A stretch of DNA of 64,000 nucleotides from the human T2T-CHM13v2.0 reference genome, Homo sapiens (GCF_009914755.1 NC_060925.1), one strand, 5' to 3'. Shown: positions 42,931 to 57,149, counted from the stretch's first letter. The notes: generated by a model not told the origin, from the sequence alone. Numbers and translations: made by a program.

Positions 42931-44503
42931 TTTTCTTAAATTGTAAAATTTTTAATTTTCATGGTTACTTAATAGTTGTAGATATTTATGGGCCACACGT
43001 GAAATTTTGACAAATGCATACAATGTATAATGATCAAATCAGGATAATTGGGATATGCATCACCCCAAGCAAGCATCATTTCTTTGTGTTGGGAACACTC
43101 CAATTCCACTCTTCTAGTTATTTGCAAATATACAATAAATTATTGTTAATTATAGTCACACTATTTTGTTACCAAACATTAGATCCTATTCCTTCTATCT
43201 AATTGTACTTCCGTTCCCATTACCCATTACCGAACACTTCTTTATCCCCCTCCCCATTTCCTTCCCCAGGCTCTGATAACTATCATTATACTCTCTGTCT
43301 CCATGAGATCAATTTTTTTAGTTCTCACCTATGAGGGAGAACATGCAATATGTGTCTTTCTGTGCCTAGCTTATTTCACTTAACATAATGTCCTTCAGTT
43401 CTATCCAAGCTGCTGCAAACGACTGGATTTTATTCTTTTTTAATGGCTGAATATTTCATCATGAATATGTACCACATTTTCTTTATTCATTCATCCATTG
43501 ATGGACACTTAGTTTGACTCCATATCTTGGCTATTATGACTAGTGTTGAAATAAACATGAGAGTGTAAATATCTCTTTGATATACTGATGTTTTTCTTTT
43601 GGATAAATACCCAGCAGTGGGATTGCTGGGTCATATGGCCATTCTGTTTTTGCTTTTTTAAGGAACTTCTGCACTGTTCTTCGTAGCGGCTATACTAATT
43701 TGCATTCCCACCAACAGTGTAGAAGAGTTTCCCTCAAATCAGTAGCATTTCTGTATGCTAACAGCAAACAATCTGAAAAAGAAATAATTAAAGTAATCCC
43801 ATTTGTAATCGCCACAAATAAAATAAAATACCTGGAATAAACTAAAGAAGTGAAAAATCTCTAAAATAAAAACAATACAACATTGATGAAAGAAATTGAA
43901 AAAGATATGAAAAATAAAAACATTTTCTATGTTCATGTATTAAAAGAATCAGTAACTGCTAAAATGTCCATACTACCCAAAGTAATTTATAGATTCAATG
44001 CAATCCCTATCGAAATACTAATGAAGTTCTTTATAAAAATCGAAAAAAAATCCTAAAATGTATATGGAACCACGAAAGACCTAGAACAGTCCAAGACATC
44101 CTGAGCAAAAAATAACAAAGCTGGAAGCATCACATTACCTGACTTCAAATTATACTACACAGCTATAGTAACCAAAACAACATGGTACTGGCATAAAAAC
44201 AGACACATAGACCAAAAGAACAGAATAAAGAACCCAGAAATAAATCTGCATATTTACAGCCAATGCAGTTTTGACAAAAGTGTGAACAACATACCTTAGG
44301 GAGAATACAGTCTCATTAATAAATGATGCTGGGAAAACTGGATATACATATGCAGAAGAATAAAACTAGAATGCTATCTCTTGCCATAAACAAAAATCAA
44401 ATTTAAATAGGTTAAAGACTCAAATGTAAGACCAGAAAGTATGAAACTACTAGAAGAAAACACTGGAGAAACACTCCAGGACATTGGTTTGGGCAAAAAT
44501 TTC
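42931..44503 (-). mobile_element. L1MA-type element with 5' inversion: 3'UTR on minus to about 43733, ORF2 piece on plus 43734-44503
   Basis: Reverse L1MA 3'UTR (gcatacaatgtataatgatcaaatcagg), switching at agagtttccct|caaatcagtagcatttc to plus-strand ORF2. Confidence 0.88.
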
Positions 44504-45866
44504 TTTTATTTTTTATTTCCACGGGTTACTGGGCACAGGTGGTGTTTGGTTACATGAGTAAGTTCTTTAGTGGTGATTTGTGAAATTTTGGTGCACCCAT
44601 CACCCAAGCAGTATAAACTGTACCCTATTTGTAGTCTTTTATCCCTCACTGCCTTCCCACCCTTTCCCCCTGAGTCACCAAAGTCCATTGTGTTATTCTT
44701 ATGCCTTTGCATTATCATAACTTAGCTCCCACTTTTGAGTGAGCATATATGATGTTTGGTTTTCCATTCCTGAGTTGCTTCACTTAGGATAATAATCTCC
44801 AATCTCATCCAGGTCACTGTGAATGCTATTAACTAATTCCTTTGTATGGCTGAGTAGTATTCCATCATATATATTTATATATATAAAATATATATTTATA
44901 TATATTATATATAATATATAATATATAATACACATTATATATCATGTGTATATATACTATATATATACATATATCTATACTATACATATACACACATATA
45001 TATATGCAATATATATCACGTATATATATATACAGTGGTTTCTTTTTCCACACATTGATTGAAGGGCATTTGGGTTGATTCCATATTTTTGCAATTGTGA
45101 TTTGTGCCGCTATAAACATGTGTGTGCAAGTATCTTTTTCATATAATAACTTCTTTTCCTCTGGGTAGATGCCCAGGAGTGAGATTCCTGGATCTAATGG
45201 TAGTTTTAGTTCTGTAAGGAATCTCCACACTGTTTTCCATAGTGGTTGTACTAGTTTACATTCTCACTAGCGGTGAAGAAATGCTCCCTGTTCACCTCAT
45301 CGATTTCAACATCTATTATTTTTTTATTTTTTTGATTATGGCCATTCTTGCAGGAGTAAGGTGGTACTGTGTCGTGGTTTTGATTTGCATTTCTCTATCA
45401 TTAGCGATGTTGAGCATGTTTTTAATATGTCTGTTGGCCACTGTATATCCTCTTTTGAGATCTGTCTATTTATGTCCTTAGCCCACTTTTTGATGGGATT
45501 GTTCATTTTTTTCTTGCTAATTTGTTTGACTTTGTTGTAGGTTCTGGATATTAGTCCTTTGTCAGATGGATAGATTTTGAAGATTTTATCCCTCTCTGTG
45601 GGTTTTCTGTTTGTTCTGCTGGCTATTCCTTTTGCTGTGCAAAAGCTCTTTAGTTTGGTTAAGTTCCATCTATTTATCTTTGTTTTTACTGCATTTGCTT
45701 CTGAGCTCTTGGTCATGAAATCCTTGCCTAAACCAATGCCTAGAAGGGTTTTTCCAATGTTATCTTCTAGAATTTTTAGTTCAGATCTTTGATTTAAGTC
45801 CTTGATCCATCTTGAGTTGATATTTGTATAAGGTGAGAGATGAGAATCCAGTTTCATTCTCCTACA
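44504..45866 (-). mobile_element. L1PB-type 5'-truncated element containing a (TA)n tract at about 44866-45030
   Basis: L1PB 3' end (ggtgtttggttacatgagtaagttctttagtggtgatt); ORF2 remnants [21 protein letters not shown] (45336-45857) and [13 protein letters not shown]. Confidence 0.9.
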
Positions 45867-46184
45867 GTTAAAATGGTTTTTACCAAACTATATTCTTTCT
45901 GAAGTCATTTCCTACTGTTTTCTCACAAAATGATCAACATGATCAGTAAAGGGCCAGTATGTTATATTAGCAAACCAATCTATTTGCTATTTCTAAAATT
46001 TACCCTTTGACTTTTCATCTTGATGTATTCATTCATGATTGTCCCTCTCCCTAGAGTACTATGTTCAATCCATTTGTAGCTTCAAAAATTTACTCATTCT
46101 TCACTTATTATCTTATTGCTACTTCTTTTCTAAAACCCCTTATAATGATTCTAGTTGGATATAATTTATTATTAATGATAGTAA

Positions 46185-46385
46185 ATACTTATGTTTGTTA
46201 TTTTATGTGAGGCACTCTTCTAGATGCTTTATACATATTAATTTTCTTTAATCCTCCTAATAATAGTTCTAGCAGAAAGGCATGGTAATTATCATCACCA
46301 CTACCATTTACACAAGAGGACACAGACCTAGTAAGATGGTAGAAATGGGTTCTGAATCCAGGGAATTTAACCTAGAAATTTGTGT
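46185..46385 (-). mobile_element. MIR
   Basis: tatgtgaggcactcttctagatgctttatacatatt...ttaatcctc...ccatttacacaagaggacacagacc. Confidence 0.7.
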
Positions 46386-49300
46386 CCACATGCTCTTGAG
46401 TCCAAGTCCACAACCACTCTACATACAACCTCTCATTCCTTTTACTATGATATAATATTTATCTTATTCTGCTTTTATGTGCCACTTTCATCTGTTCTAA
46501 ACTTCAGAGAAGAGGCATTACCTTACTTGTCTTTCTAATCTCTTGACCTGGGAAGACTGCTCTTTCAAAGAAAAATAAAATAAATTTTACTTTTCACACT
46601 TTCTTATACTTAGAATCTTTTGCTTGCCTATACTTATTCATCTAGTTGGTATTTTTTCATACTGAACACTCATTGGAGGCCAGAAATATGTCATGCATTT
46701 TTTAAATCTATCTTAAAAATATGTATAGTCTTTATACTGTTATCTGTTGAATTACTGTTATCTGATGAATTTTCCATGGCTCTTTGTTGTTTGGGGAGAT
46801 GAGAATCATGAACTCCTGCAGAGCCAGCCCTAGGCCAGCCATGACTGAGAAAACATTCATTTCTAACCTTGCTTTTTCAACTAGTGACCCCCACTCTTCT
46901 AACTCTCTCAGTTCCCACACTTAGCCATCAAGATAATCAGATTGTATTGTTAGAGCTAAGAGGGAGATAGCTACTATCTAGTAAATTTCCTCTGTTTTGG
47001 CTGAAGAAACTGAGGCAAACATAACTTTCTATATACAGCTGGTGTCAGTGGCCTTGCTGCAACCCTGCACTATATGAAGTTGTCCTCTGCTAGCCCAGGA
47101 ACTCTCATGGTGGCATTCCACTTGAAAATACTCTCTGGGGACACATGGCACTTCAGATCATCTTTCCCTCTCCCTATAATGAAAGCCTGCTCTCAGCTGC
47201 TTATAATCCAGAAAGAGCAGAATGGCTAATCCATGTTAAAATGTTAAAGACTGATAAAAGCTTAATGTGTTTTCTTTCCCAGTGGGATAAGAATTCATTT
47301 TTAATAGGAAAAACATATCTTCATCCTCAAATTCCCAAAATGTTGATGCGTATAGCCCTGCTGAGTGCAATGTTAAAATAAGTGCAATGGTGGGGTTGGG
47401 AAGGGAGAACAAGAGTTCCAAGGTCAAAGAAGTTTAGAAAATACCTATTTTGTTAAATTCATAATGAATATTTATTTGCATACTGAATATTCTGGAAATC
47501 ATGCAACAATATTAACAAAAATGACAATGAAAGCAACAAAAATCTGGCTAACTTGATTTAACACAATATTTTCTAAATATATTTGAACATTTTAAATATA
47601 TTTTGTTTTTAGGCCTCTGTTCCAGGGAACACCAGTTTGGGCAGGACCAATAGGCTAGTTTATGTCAAGAGGATCAGCTCCATTATCTTCTCAAATCATA
47701 CCCAACTGAGAAGTCTCAAATGCTGTCTACCTACAGGGATAGCTGAACTTGGTGTGCTTACATAAAAAAGACATATGTGGGAGTCATCAGAGAGGGGTTC
47801 ATGGTAGAACTCAAAATAGAGAAGCTGCACTAAGCATTAAGTGTTCCAAAGCTCAGGAAACCAGAGGATGTGTGTGTAGCTCCCTCATTGTGATCGTTGA
47901 CTGCTGATCACTTCCCTCAGCTGAGGAATTAGAAGCTGAGGGAAGAGAAAGCATTTAGCTCCGACATGGAAATGTAAGGCCATATTTATTCCCTATTTAA
48001 TGCTCCACAAACCCATTATGTCATTAACTTAAAAGGGAATTAAATTAGCACCTAGGTCTATTTTTTCACATCTTAGAGAAAATAAAAATAAAAGGCTGTT
48101 GCTTTCCAGGCTTTGTGTTGAGTTTCCTTTTATTGCTTAAAATATGAATGATTACCATGTATATGTCTGACTAATTCTGAATGATGATAATCAGGAAATC
48201 TCTTTTCCTTTTTTAGTAAACTCACTGATAGCTTAATTTCTTTTTTCTTATCCCTTTCACAGAATTGTGGATTTATGGAACACTGAATATTATGATTGAT
48301 TACAATATTTGTACTATAATGAATCGGATGATTGGATCTATCATGTTGCTTCTAGGATATCTGCTCTGCATTGTGTTCTGTTTGCCAGTGAATACTAATA
48401 TAGAGTCTTTTTGACTCTTAGACACACTGGGAAAAATAATTAAAACAAAAGCTGTTTTCTGTGTTTTGTAAAAACAACTCTTCTAATTCTCAAATTGCAA
48501 TACCTAAAATATAAATAAATTCAGAGATTAATTTCCAAACCAGAGGAAAGCATATAGAACATAAAAGTTTTGAAAATTCTTCTCATATTTCTTATTTATT
48601 TTTAAAATGAAGGGAAATTACATGTACAATTTGACTCAAGAGGGAATTCACACATGAAACCCTTCGAGAATATATCCCAATACACATGGTGAAGACAAAC
48701 ACAGAGACTAGGAAGACAGATTTAGGAAACAATATTAATTAATTAATATGGAGAGAAGAGCAATGTCCCAGGTAGCAGAACAGAATAAGGGATGTCATCT
48801 TAAAGAAATAAAACAGAAAACAGGGAGTCAACAGTATTAGTTTAATCAAACAACTTCACAGAAACCAGTGTTTAAAGATAATATAGGGTTTGCATTTGGG
48901 TTCATATGAAACCAATTTTGTCAAATCAACTTAAAGTCCATCCCTGAAGGAGAGAAAAATGCTAGATAGAAATTGTCCACCCAGTGGACAAACTTTTCAT
49001 ATTGCACAAATTCTGTCATGATTGAACGCAATTCAGTGTCAGCATTTAGGGCAGAAAAAAGTCATTTTGCCCATAAGACAGATTCCATTGTTTTCAAAGA
49101 AATAGCCAAATATGTCCAGAAACCATTGCTTGATTGTATTAAAATTAAATAGACACTGTGTCTGTAAGAATTCTGAAATAAGGCTGTCAAGAATCGATGG
49201 CAAGTAAAGAGCTATGCCAAAGTGAGCTTTAGGGTGAGGATCACAGCCCAGTAGTACATAAGCATATGACTCTAAATGATTTATTTTTTAACTGTAAGTC

Positions 49301-49475
49301 TCTGGCCAGCAAGAGTTGGATTCTCAAACTGGCAGATCATAATCTAGCCATCAGAATAGCTGTAGTTGATTCAAAGAAAGAGATGAAGTACTGAGAAGAT
49401 GGGAGTAGCAGTTGTACACCACTGCTACAGTTATGCAACAAAGGCAGTCTACCATTAATATCTGTCTTGGAGCCT

Positions 49476-49479
<4 letters not shown>

Positions 49480-49543
<64 letters not shown>
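49480..49543. repeat. (TC)13(AC)18 compound microsatellite
   Basis: Directly visible. Confidence 0.95.
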
Positions 49544-49546
<3 letters not shown>

Positions 49547-50894
49547 TTAAGTGTATATAAATTCCTCCTTTAAAATGTATTACCTGTATGACTCAACAAG
49601 GTGCTTATCTTCTCAGAACATATCTCACATATTTGAAAAGAGGATTAAATGATAAAGAACAAGTGAACAGCTTAGCACGCTGTCCAGATACAAGCTATTA
49701 TATAATATTTTGCATATTTCGGTGGTCAAGAAGTTGTAGTCTGTGTTCAGTGTTGAGCTGCCATATTAACTTATCCTATTTCTCTATCTATATATTCAAT
49801 TTCACTCTTATAGTGATTTCCAATCTCAATTACAATAAACTCAGTTGACTAAACAATCACATATTATCATGATCAACAAAAATGTCATAGATGTTACAGC
49901 TAAAGGGTAATATTTATAACCATTTACTATAACTGTTATACTGTACAATTAGGAAAATACACCAAATGGGAAAATGAGTACTGTCAATGAACGACTCTTT
50001 TCCGCTGGGCTTACATACATATGAAAACAATTACACATGATTGGTATGTATTCAATGATGTATTCATTGCTCTTTCATGAAGATTAAATCCTATGTGCAT
50101 CTTAATATGTTAAGCCTTAACAATATAAGAAGCCACGAATAACAGAAAAATAAAATGAATGATTAGAATTTTTGCTTGTTAGAATTCTGCATTTATAGTC
50201 CAAAATTGATTTGCTTGGATATTGAACAATGAGTTTCTGTCAAAGCTTCCATTAACGGTTAGCTTTAGTATATTCATTAAAAGTATATATATATATATGT
50301 ATGAAGTCTACCATCCTAAGTATTTTATGTGATTACCTTACCATATTGTAATAAGTGTGAAGACAAATGTGTATCTTTGATTAGTATCAAATAACTCTCT
50401 TGCATATTAATACCCTCATGAAGTCACATAGAATGTTGAACAATAATTCAAGCTAGTGGATTGTGGTTATTACTGTAAATGTACCCAAACCAGCAGGAGT
50501 TGACAATGAAACTATTGTCTCCATGCTAATAATGTCTGATCTCAAGCATTCTGAGGGAAATTTGAAAACAAGATTGCTATGCTATCTCTATAAATATAAG
50601 AAAACTCATGCTAAAATAAATTGTGCAATTAATTATGTTGCATTACCAGGATGAATTTCAGGTAAAAACACACAGCATCTGTGATTAAATACTAGTTATT
50701 AAAGCTTTTGAAATATCATCCAATTGCTTTAGTTACCATAGTGCGCCATGCTGTGTTTGCAAAATTATAATTTTATATTAAATAGATTAAATGTAAGGAA
50801 TTAGTTGGGGTTGTTTAATTCCTCTTTTTGATTAGGTTATCTTTCCTGCATCAGATTGATTCTTTACTTTCTCGTCAGTTATGCAGTATGATTA

Positions 50895-51315
50895 TAATGG
50901 ATTGAATTATGTCTCCCCAAAATTCATATGCTGTAGTCCAACCCACTCATACCTCAGAATATGACCTTATTTGGAAATAGGGATTTTGCAGATGTAATAA
51001 ATTAAAATGAAGTCACAATGGGGTAGGGTGAGGCCCTACTGTAGTATGACTGGTGTCTTTATAAAAGAAACACCATATGAAGAGACAGATGTGCATGCAA
51101 AGAAAATGCCATGTGACAACGAAGGCAGAGAATGGGGTGACACTGCAAAAGGAACATCAAAGATTGCCAGCAAACCACCAGAAGCTGGGTGAACCATGGA
51201 ACAGATTCTTCCTCACAGCCCCTCAGAAGATATCAATCCTGCTGATATCTTTTTCTCGAACTTCTAGCCTTCAGAATTGTGAGACAATAAACTTCTATGG
51301 TTTAAGCTACCTGAT
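50895..51315 (+). mobile_element. MLT1B/C-like MaLR solo LTR
   Basis: tgaattatgtctccccaaaattcatatg...cctcagaatatgaccttatttggaaatagg...cttcagaattgtgagacaataaac. Confidence 0.85.
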
Positions 51316-51579
51316 GCAGTCATGCCAGAGAGAAATGATCATAAATTTGTTTTGATTAGGATGATTTTCCCATGTCTATTGGATGAATAACCCCATTGGA
51401 AAGAGTAGAAAACTAGATTTGAGAACTAAAATGCTGAAAGACTGACTCAAAGGTACAACTCAGAACCAACAACCTTGACTTAAAATTGCTGACCCAATTC
51501 TTAGAAAACCCTTTGGTGGCATGCAAAGTACGTTCCTTTGAACTGATAAATTATGACCATTTGGAGATGGAACAGTGCC

Positions 51580-51812
51580 TGTATTAGTTTGTTTTCACGC
51601 TGCTGATAAAGACATACCCAAAACTGGGAACAAAAAGAGATTTAATTGGACTTACAGTACTACATGGCTGGGGAGGCCTCAGAATCATGGTGGGAGGTGA
51701 AAGGCACTTCTTACGTGGTGGCAGCAAGTGAAAAATGAGGAGGAAGCAAAAGCAGAAACCCGTGATAAACCCATCAGATCTCATGAAATTTATTCACTAT
51801 CATGAGAATATC
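51580..51812 (-). mobile_element. THE1-family (THE1A-like) LTR, 3' part only
   Basis: tgtattagtttgttttcacgctgctgataaagacatacc...ccatcagatctcatga...ttattcactatcatgagaa. Confidence 0.85.
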
Positions 51813-52194
51813 ATGTAAAAGAGTTTATTAACTCATGATCACAGGGTTCCCAACAGGCCGCCTGCAGACCGAGGACCAAGGAGAGCCAGTCCAAGTCCCA
51901 AAACTGAAGAACTTGGAGTCCAATATTCAAGGGCAGAAAGCATCCAGCCCAGGAGAAAGATGCAGGCTGGGAGGCTAGGCCAGTCTCTCTTTTCACCTTT
52001 TTCTGCCTGCTTATATTCTAGCCAAACCGGCAGCTGATTTGATTGTGCCCACCCAGATTAAGGGTCGGTCTGGCTTTCTCAGCCCACTGACTCAAATATT
52101 AATCTCCTTTGGCAACACCCTCACAGACACACCCAGGATCAGTACTTTGTATCCTTAAATCCAATCAAGTTGACACTCAGTATTAAACATCACA
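51813..52194 (-). mobile_element. MLT2A (ERVL) LTR, 5' part only
   Basis: gtcccaaaactgaagaacttggagtcc...ggcaacaccctcacagacacacccagg...caagttgacactcagtattaaacatcaca. Confidence 0.88.
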
Positions 52195-53257
52195 GTTTAA
52201 TAGAGCGATCTTTACCCATCCAGCTAAGTTTTCAATGTGGATGCATTTTGCTAATATGATTGTTTTATATCAACTTAAAATAACATATTTTGAATTTAAA
52301 AAAACGACAAGATGAAAACTTTCATCTAAAGGAGGAGTCAAATCTACTAACAATTTATAGATTTATTGTATAAAGTTTTCTTTAAATAATGTCCCAAAAC
52401 AATTTCTTATGAGATATGGAGAATGATATGATTGTATTGGAATTAGATTGTTATATATAAACCATATGTAAAAATTAATCTCATGTTGCTACAGATTATA
52501 AGAGTTTTGAAAGCAGATAGACACATCACTAATCTTTGTACACTGGTATTTAGGATAATGGCCGGTACACAGCAGGCCTCTTAACAAATTGCTGTTCAAG
52601 TAAGCCAATCAACACTTAGTATTGCTCAAAAAATGCAGCATTCAGTTGAATAAAGGCAAAAAAAGAGAGTTTTAACTCAGTATATTAAAAAAGCTTGCAA
52701 AAGTAAAACAAAAATCTGTTATCTTTGTCTTAGGCTAAAGAACCTGTACTGTTATGTAGTCCGTGCAGCTATTGCTCCAACTGTAGCCCTTTTTCATGGG
52801 TGATAAGCTTCAATTAATTTTATCATGCACTTCCCTGAGGCCACAGGAGAAGATCTTGCCACAGTGTTTTTTCTGTCTTTTATTTTTCCTGGCATTTTCC
52901 AGTACACCAAGTCCTCTTTTTTGGCTCATCCTTGCTTTTTATTGACCTTTTTATTGACTTCAACCTGATCACTTGATGGACTTTTAATTTTTATTTGACT
53001 CTGTTCTAGCAATAACATGTAGATATTATCATCTATTTTCCCCCTGCTTCTGACTCAGGGCAGAATACCCTTTTTCTGATGAAAGAAAAGGGCTGGGCAT
53101 GCAGTTATCTCCCAGAAAGATTTCAGGAAGACAACTCAAGTCTGCAATGGCAAAGAATAAAACAGACAGGAAGCCAAACAGCTGATGAATTTCCCACTTA
53201 GTATTCAACATAAATGAGCTTTTGAAATGTATATATTTTTAAATATGCATATATTAA

Positions 53258-53289
<32 letters not shown>

Positions 53290-53302
53290 TGTGTGTATAT
53301 AT
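53258..53302. repeat. (TG)n/(TA)n microsatellite
   Basis: Directly visible. Confidence 0.9.
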
Positions 53303-54559
53303 GGTTTTCCTCTTACTCAACCAAATCTAGTTTCTATGTCCCACTCACATCTTACTGCAAAGTGTGGCCACCTTTGTCAGTGACACCATTCCTGTTTTTG
53401 CCCCATCTTATTACTTATTTACATTCTTTCAATTCTGATTATTCTACTCTTCTTTATTCTTTCATCCTCTCAGCTTCAGTATTTCCTCTAATTACCAACT
53501 GCTGAGGAATATCAGCCAAGGTCAGAAAGCAAGTGTGGGAATTCCATCTTCCACATTCTGTCCATTTTTGTTTAGAATGGACTCTCAACTTGCCTGAAAT
53601 TGCTCCCAGGGGTTTATATCTGCCCATGTCACCACTTTGGAACAAAATTCATCTCCCATACCCTAGGCACAGGCTGTTAAAAATCTCGAAGTTATAATGG
53701 ACCCTTGAGTCGCAGCTGACTCAAGGTGTTGAATTTTTCTTCCCCTCTACAGAAAAAAAAAGAAAAAAAAAAAAGAAAAAATTCATTTTCTTTCCTTCTA
53801 GTTCCAGGACTATATGGCTGTGTATTGCTATTAACTTACAGATTGACTGCTCAATATGCTTGATGATAACACTAATAACAATCAGTGTTTTATCACCTGG
53901 AAAATAGACAAAGCAAGAGCCTGAATTAGAATAGACCATAGTGTTGATGTTTATTTAGTCTTCCCAAAATGTACTTCTAAATAGATTCAGTTCAGTGAGT
54001 TCAAAACCTATCAGCCAGATTTTTGATGATATGATCCTGCTGTTCAGTACTTTTCCTGAGTTCTAATTTACATGAGCATTCATCTTCCAATCTCATGCTT
54101 TCCTGAAAAAGGCTCTGCAGTCATTCCCTATCTCTTCATTCTTCCCAATTTTGGGAACTTGTCTGAGGCCGCTGGTTATATATTTGTATTGCCTCCATCT
54201 CAATTCTGACTTGCGACCCTTTACAACATATATAGGAATTGTTTTTCTTTTGGGGGAGCAAATTCAGCATGAAAATCTTGTGTTAGGTGAGCACTACACA
54301 CACACAAAATTAATTAGAAGGTAATTAACTCACTTTATAAAAAATTCAACACAAGCTTCCTTCAGACAAGGACTGCTCTAAATATGTTTAAAATAAAATA
54401 GTAAGATTATCTTTAATCCTTATCAAATGTGGCTAAAGACAATTTGACTTTCTTAATATGAGGTTTGAAGAGTACTTTTGTAATATTTTTTAGAAACATA
54501 GAATTTTCATTTCAGTGGAAGAAGAAATAATTAACGCGGATTGCTGTTCACCTGCTGAA

Positions 54560-54805
54560 CCTCACTAGAATACAGCTCCCACAAAGAAAGGAATTTTGTC
54601 TCTTATGCTTTCCAGGGGCATGCACAGTGCACGGCACATAGTAGATGCTCAATAAATAACTTTGAATGAAGATGAATAATTTATATAAAATATTGTACCT
54701 CCTAGACTTCTTAGGGCCATAGATTGTGCCGTGTCTGCTTAGACATCTGTATATTTTAACACAGTTCTTGGTAATTTATTGTTTTCAATAAATATTTGTT
54801 CAAAA
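54560..54805 (+). mobile_element. Two tandem L2 3'-end fragments
   Basis: ggcacatagtagatgctcaataaata..ttgaatgaa and tcaataaatatttgtt. Confidence 0.7.
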
Positions 54806-56819
54806 AAAGAGAATGAAACTTTTACACGTGGCTGGCCCTATGAGTGCAGCCATAATAAAGCCAAGTAATTCAATATCCTCTCTCCCATAGAACTCCAATT
54901 TGATCTCATGTTTTGAGTTCTGAGATATTCTCCAGAATGTCTCTAAGTAAGTGAACATAAAACCTTGCTAAGGCCAGGAAAACCCAGAAACATATTGGTA
55001 CTATTGATTTAATATCAAAGTGACATCTGTCAGATCAATCTACTGTCCAGCTCAGGGGCCTGAAGGGATGTGGCACAAAACAGGTACATTTTCTCTTAAG
55101 AGAGGCAGGCAATTGCCCTAAGGTAATCAGAGGAAAGAGCAGGCCTTCAAGAAAAGCCTCAGGAAGAGGCACAGGCAGCCCTGGGTGGACCCAAAGGCCA
55201 CAGGCTCCTGAGACAGAGGGCTCTCAGCTAGTTTTTCCTTCAAGTTTTTCCCAGCATTGGCTCTGCTTTCACAACAGAGGTTTCATCAGTAACAACATAT
55301 GTCTTTCTTCCACAGATGAAATAGAATTGCTCCCTTGGGAGATTTACTTCTTTGCATTTTAAACTTTGTGACTAACTGGAAAAAATGGGGGCAGGGCTCC
55401 CATTTACTCAAATTACAGTTTTCATTCTCCATCAACCTTCATAATTTGGCAAATAGATTCTGTTATTTGGTGTGCGGAAAAAGTAAGACATGGAGTATAT
55501 TATGCAACTTCCTGCAACTCTAATTAAGATTCTTACCATTTTGAACCTGCAATACACACACGTTAATCTCCGAAGAAAACAAAAATTGCAGCCTCTTTCA
55601 ACATTATGCACAGGGGGCCATTAAGCTCTTTTGTATCCTCCCAGTGAGACTCCCTGCTGCAGTCTGCCTGCCGGGTGCTGTGGGCTCCCTGGGGAAGGCT
55701 GGCACCCTAGCGAGCATCACAGGAGTCTACAGAGGCTGACATTTTCCCTAAAATTCCTCCATTTCCTAGCAAGCTCAGCATACTAACAGCCTTTCCATTT
55801 AGGCTGCCTCCTGGATTACTTTACACAATTTGTGTGCATGGTTGAGGGAGTCTAAAACATCTTCTCAGACTCCATAAGGGTCTTGGCAACCAACCAATGG
55901 GTCTTTCCTTGGTAACATTTTGGCATCAGCTACCTTGCTTTGCTGGGAAGAGTTTTGTCTATACCTAGCATTGGAGTGGTCTGCAAAACCCCTTTAGACT
56001 TTGAGTGGCTTGTATTCTCAGGATCTAACTGAGAATCTGGCATACCATGTTTCTATAAAATACTTTAAACATACATCATTACATAAAGGAGTATAACAAG
56101 ATGATTATATATGGCATTTATCACCTCTTGCTCATATCCCAGACATAATATCCAACTGAAAGTATTTATTCATCCATTTGTTAACTCAGTCACCCACCAA
56201 CTATTACTGAACACCTACATTAGACTAGCAAATTTTAAGTGCTTCAACAAAGACATTGGCCTTGACCTCAGGAATCTGAAATTAGGAAATGAAAAAAAAA
56301 AAAAAAGGTAGGATTGAAAATAAAACTGGAAAGGGATTATCAAAATCCACAGTACACCAAAAACAACACACATTTCCCCCCAAGCAAAGTTTATGCTTTG
56401 AACAAGTTTATTTCTTTGAACAAGTTCAGGTACTTCTACAGGTATTTTCTCATTCACTCCTTATTGTAAAACTAGAAGAAACCAGAAGATATTATAATTT
56501 TCTTCCTACAGATGAGGAATATGAAATTCATAAAAGATGAAATGTGTCTCCACCTCTAGGTAATGGTAGAAGGTAGGGTCTCACCACATCATACCAACTG
56601 GAGATTGTATTACGTTTGGCAATGATTTGTCAAAATATAATACCAAAGTGCTGAGTTTATTTCACAATTGTGAGTAGTGAGAGATAAATAATAGATATAG
56701 GTAATGCAGATATAAGTTCAATCATGTTTCTTGTTCCTCTATGTAAACAATATTTCTCCACAATAGAAATCATATTACAAATGAAAAGATAGCAAGGTAC
56801 CATGTGAAACATATTGACA

Positions 56820-57055
56820 GAAAATGTGAAGAGTTGGCTTTTAGTCCTGCTTGTCTAATCCTATGCACTTAGCAGTTTTGTCTATCTAATCTGGAGTGTG
56901 GGGGTTCGAAGCAACATTTTGCCTCTCTGAAATTCCATTTTCTCAGCTGTAAAACTAGCTGATACACTCTCTCTTTCCTAAGAATGTCCAGAGATCAGTA
57001 AAACAATATATGTGAAAGTATTTTGAAATATGATAACATTTAATGCAAATATAAA
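56820..57055 (+). mobile_element. MIR-like fragment
   Basis: cctctctgaaattccattttctcagctgtaaaa...atatgtgaaagtattttg. Confidence 0.55.
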
Positions 57056-57149
57056 CTTGCAATAATTAACCCTCTGCATTCAGATTGAATTTGTTTTCAT
57101 CTCACTTTCCTATGCCAATTCTAATGTGATTTAGTCTCCACAGCCTAAT

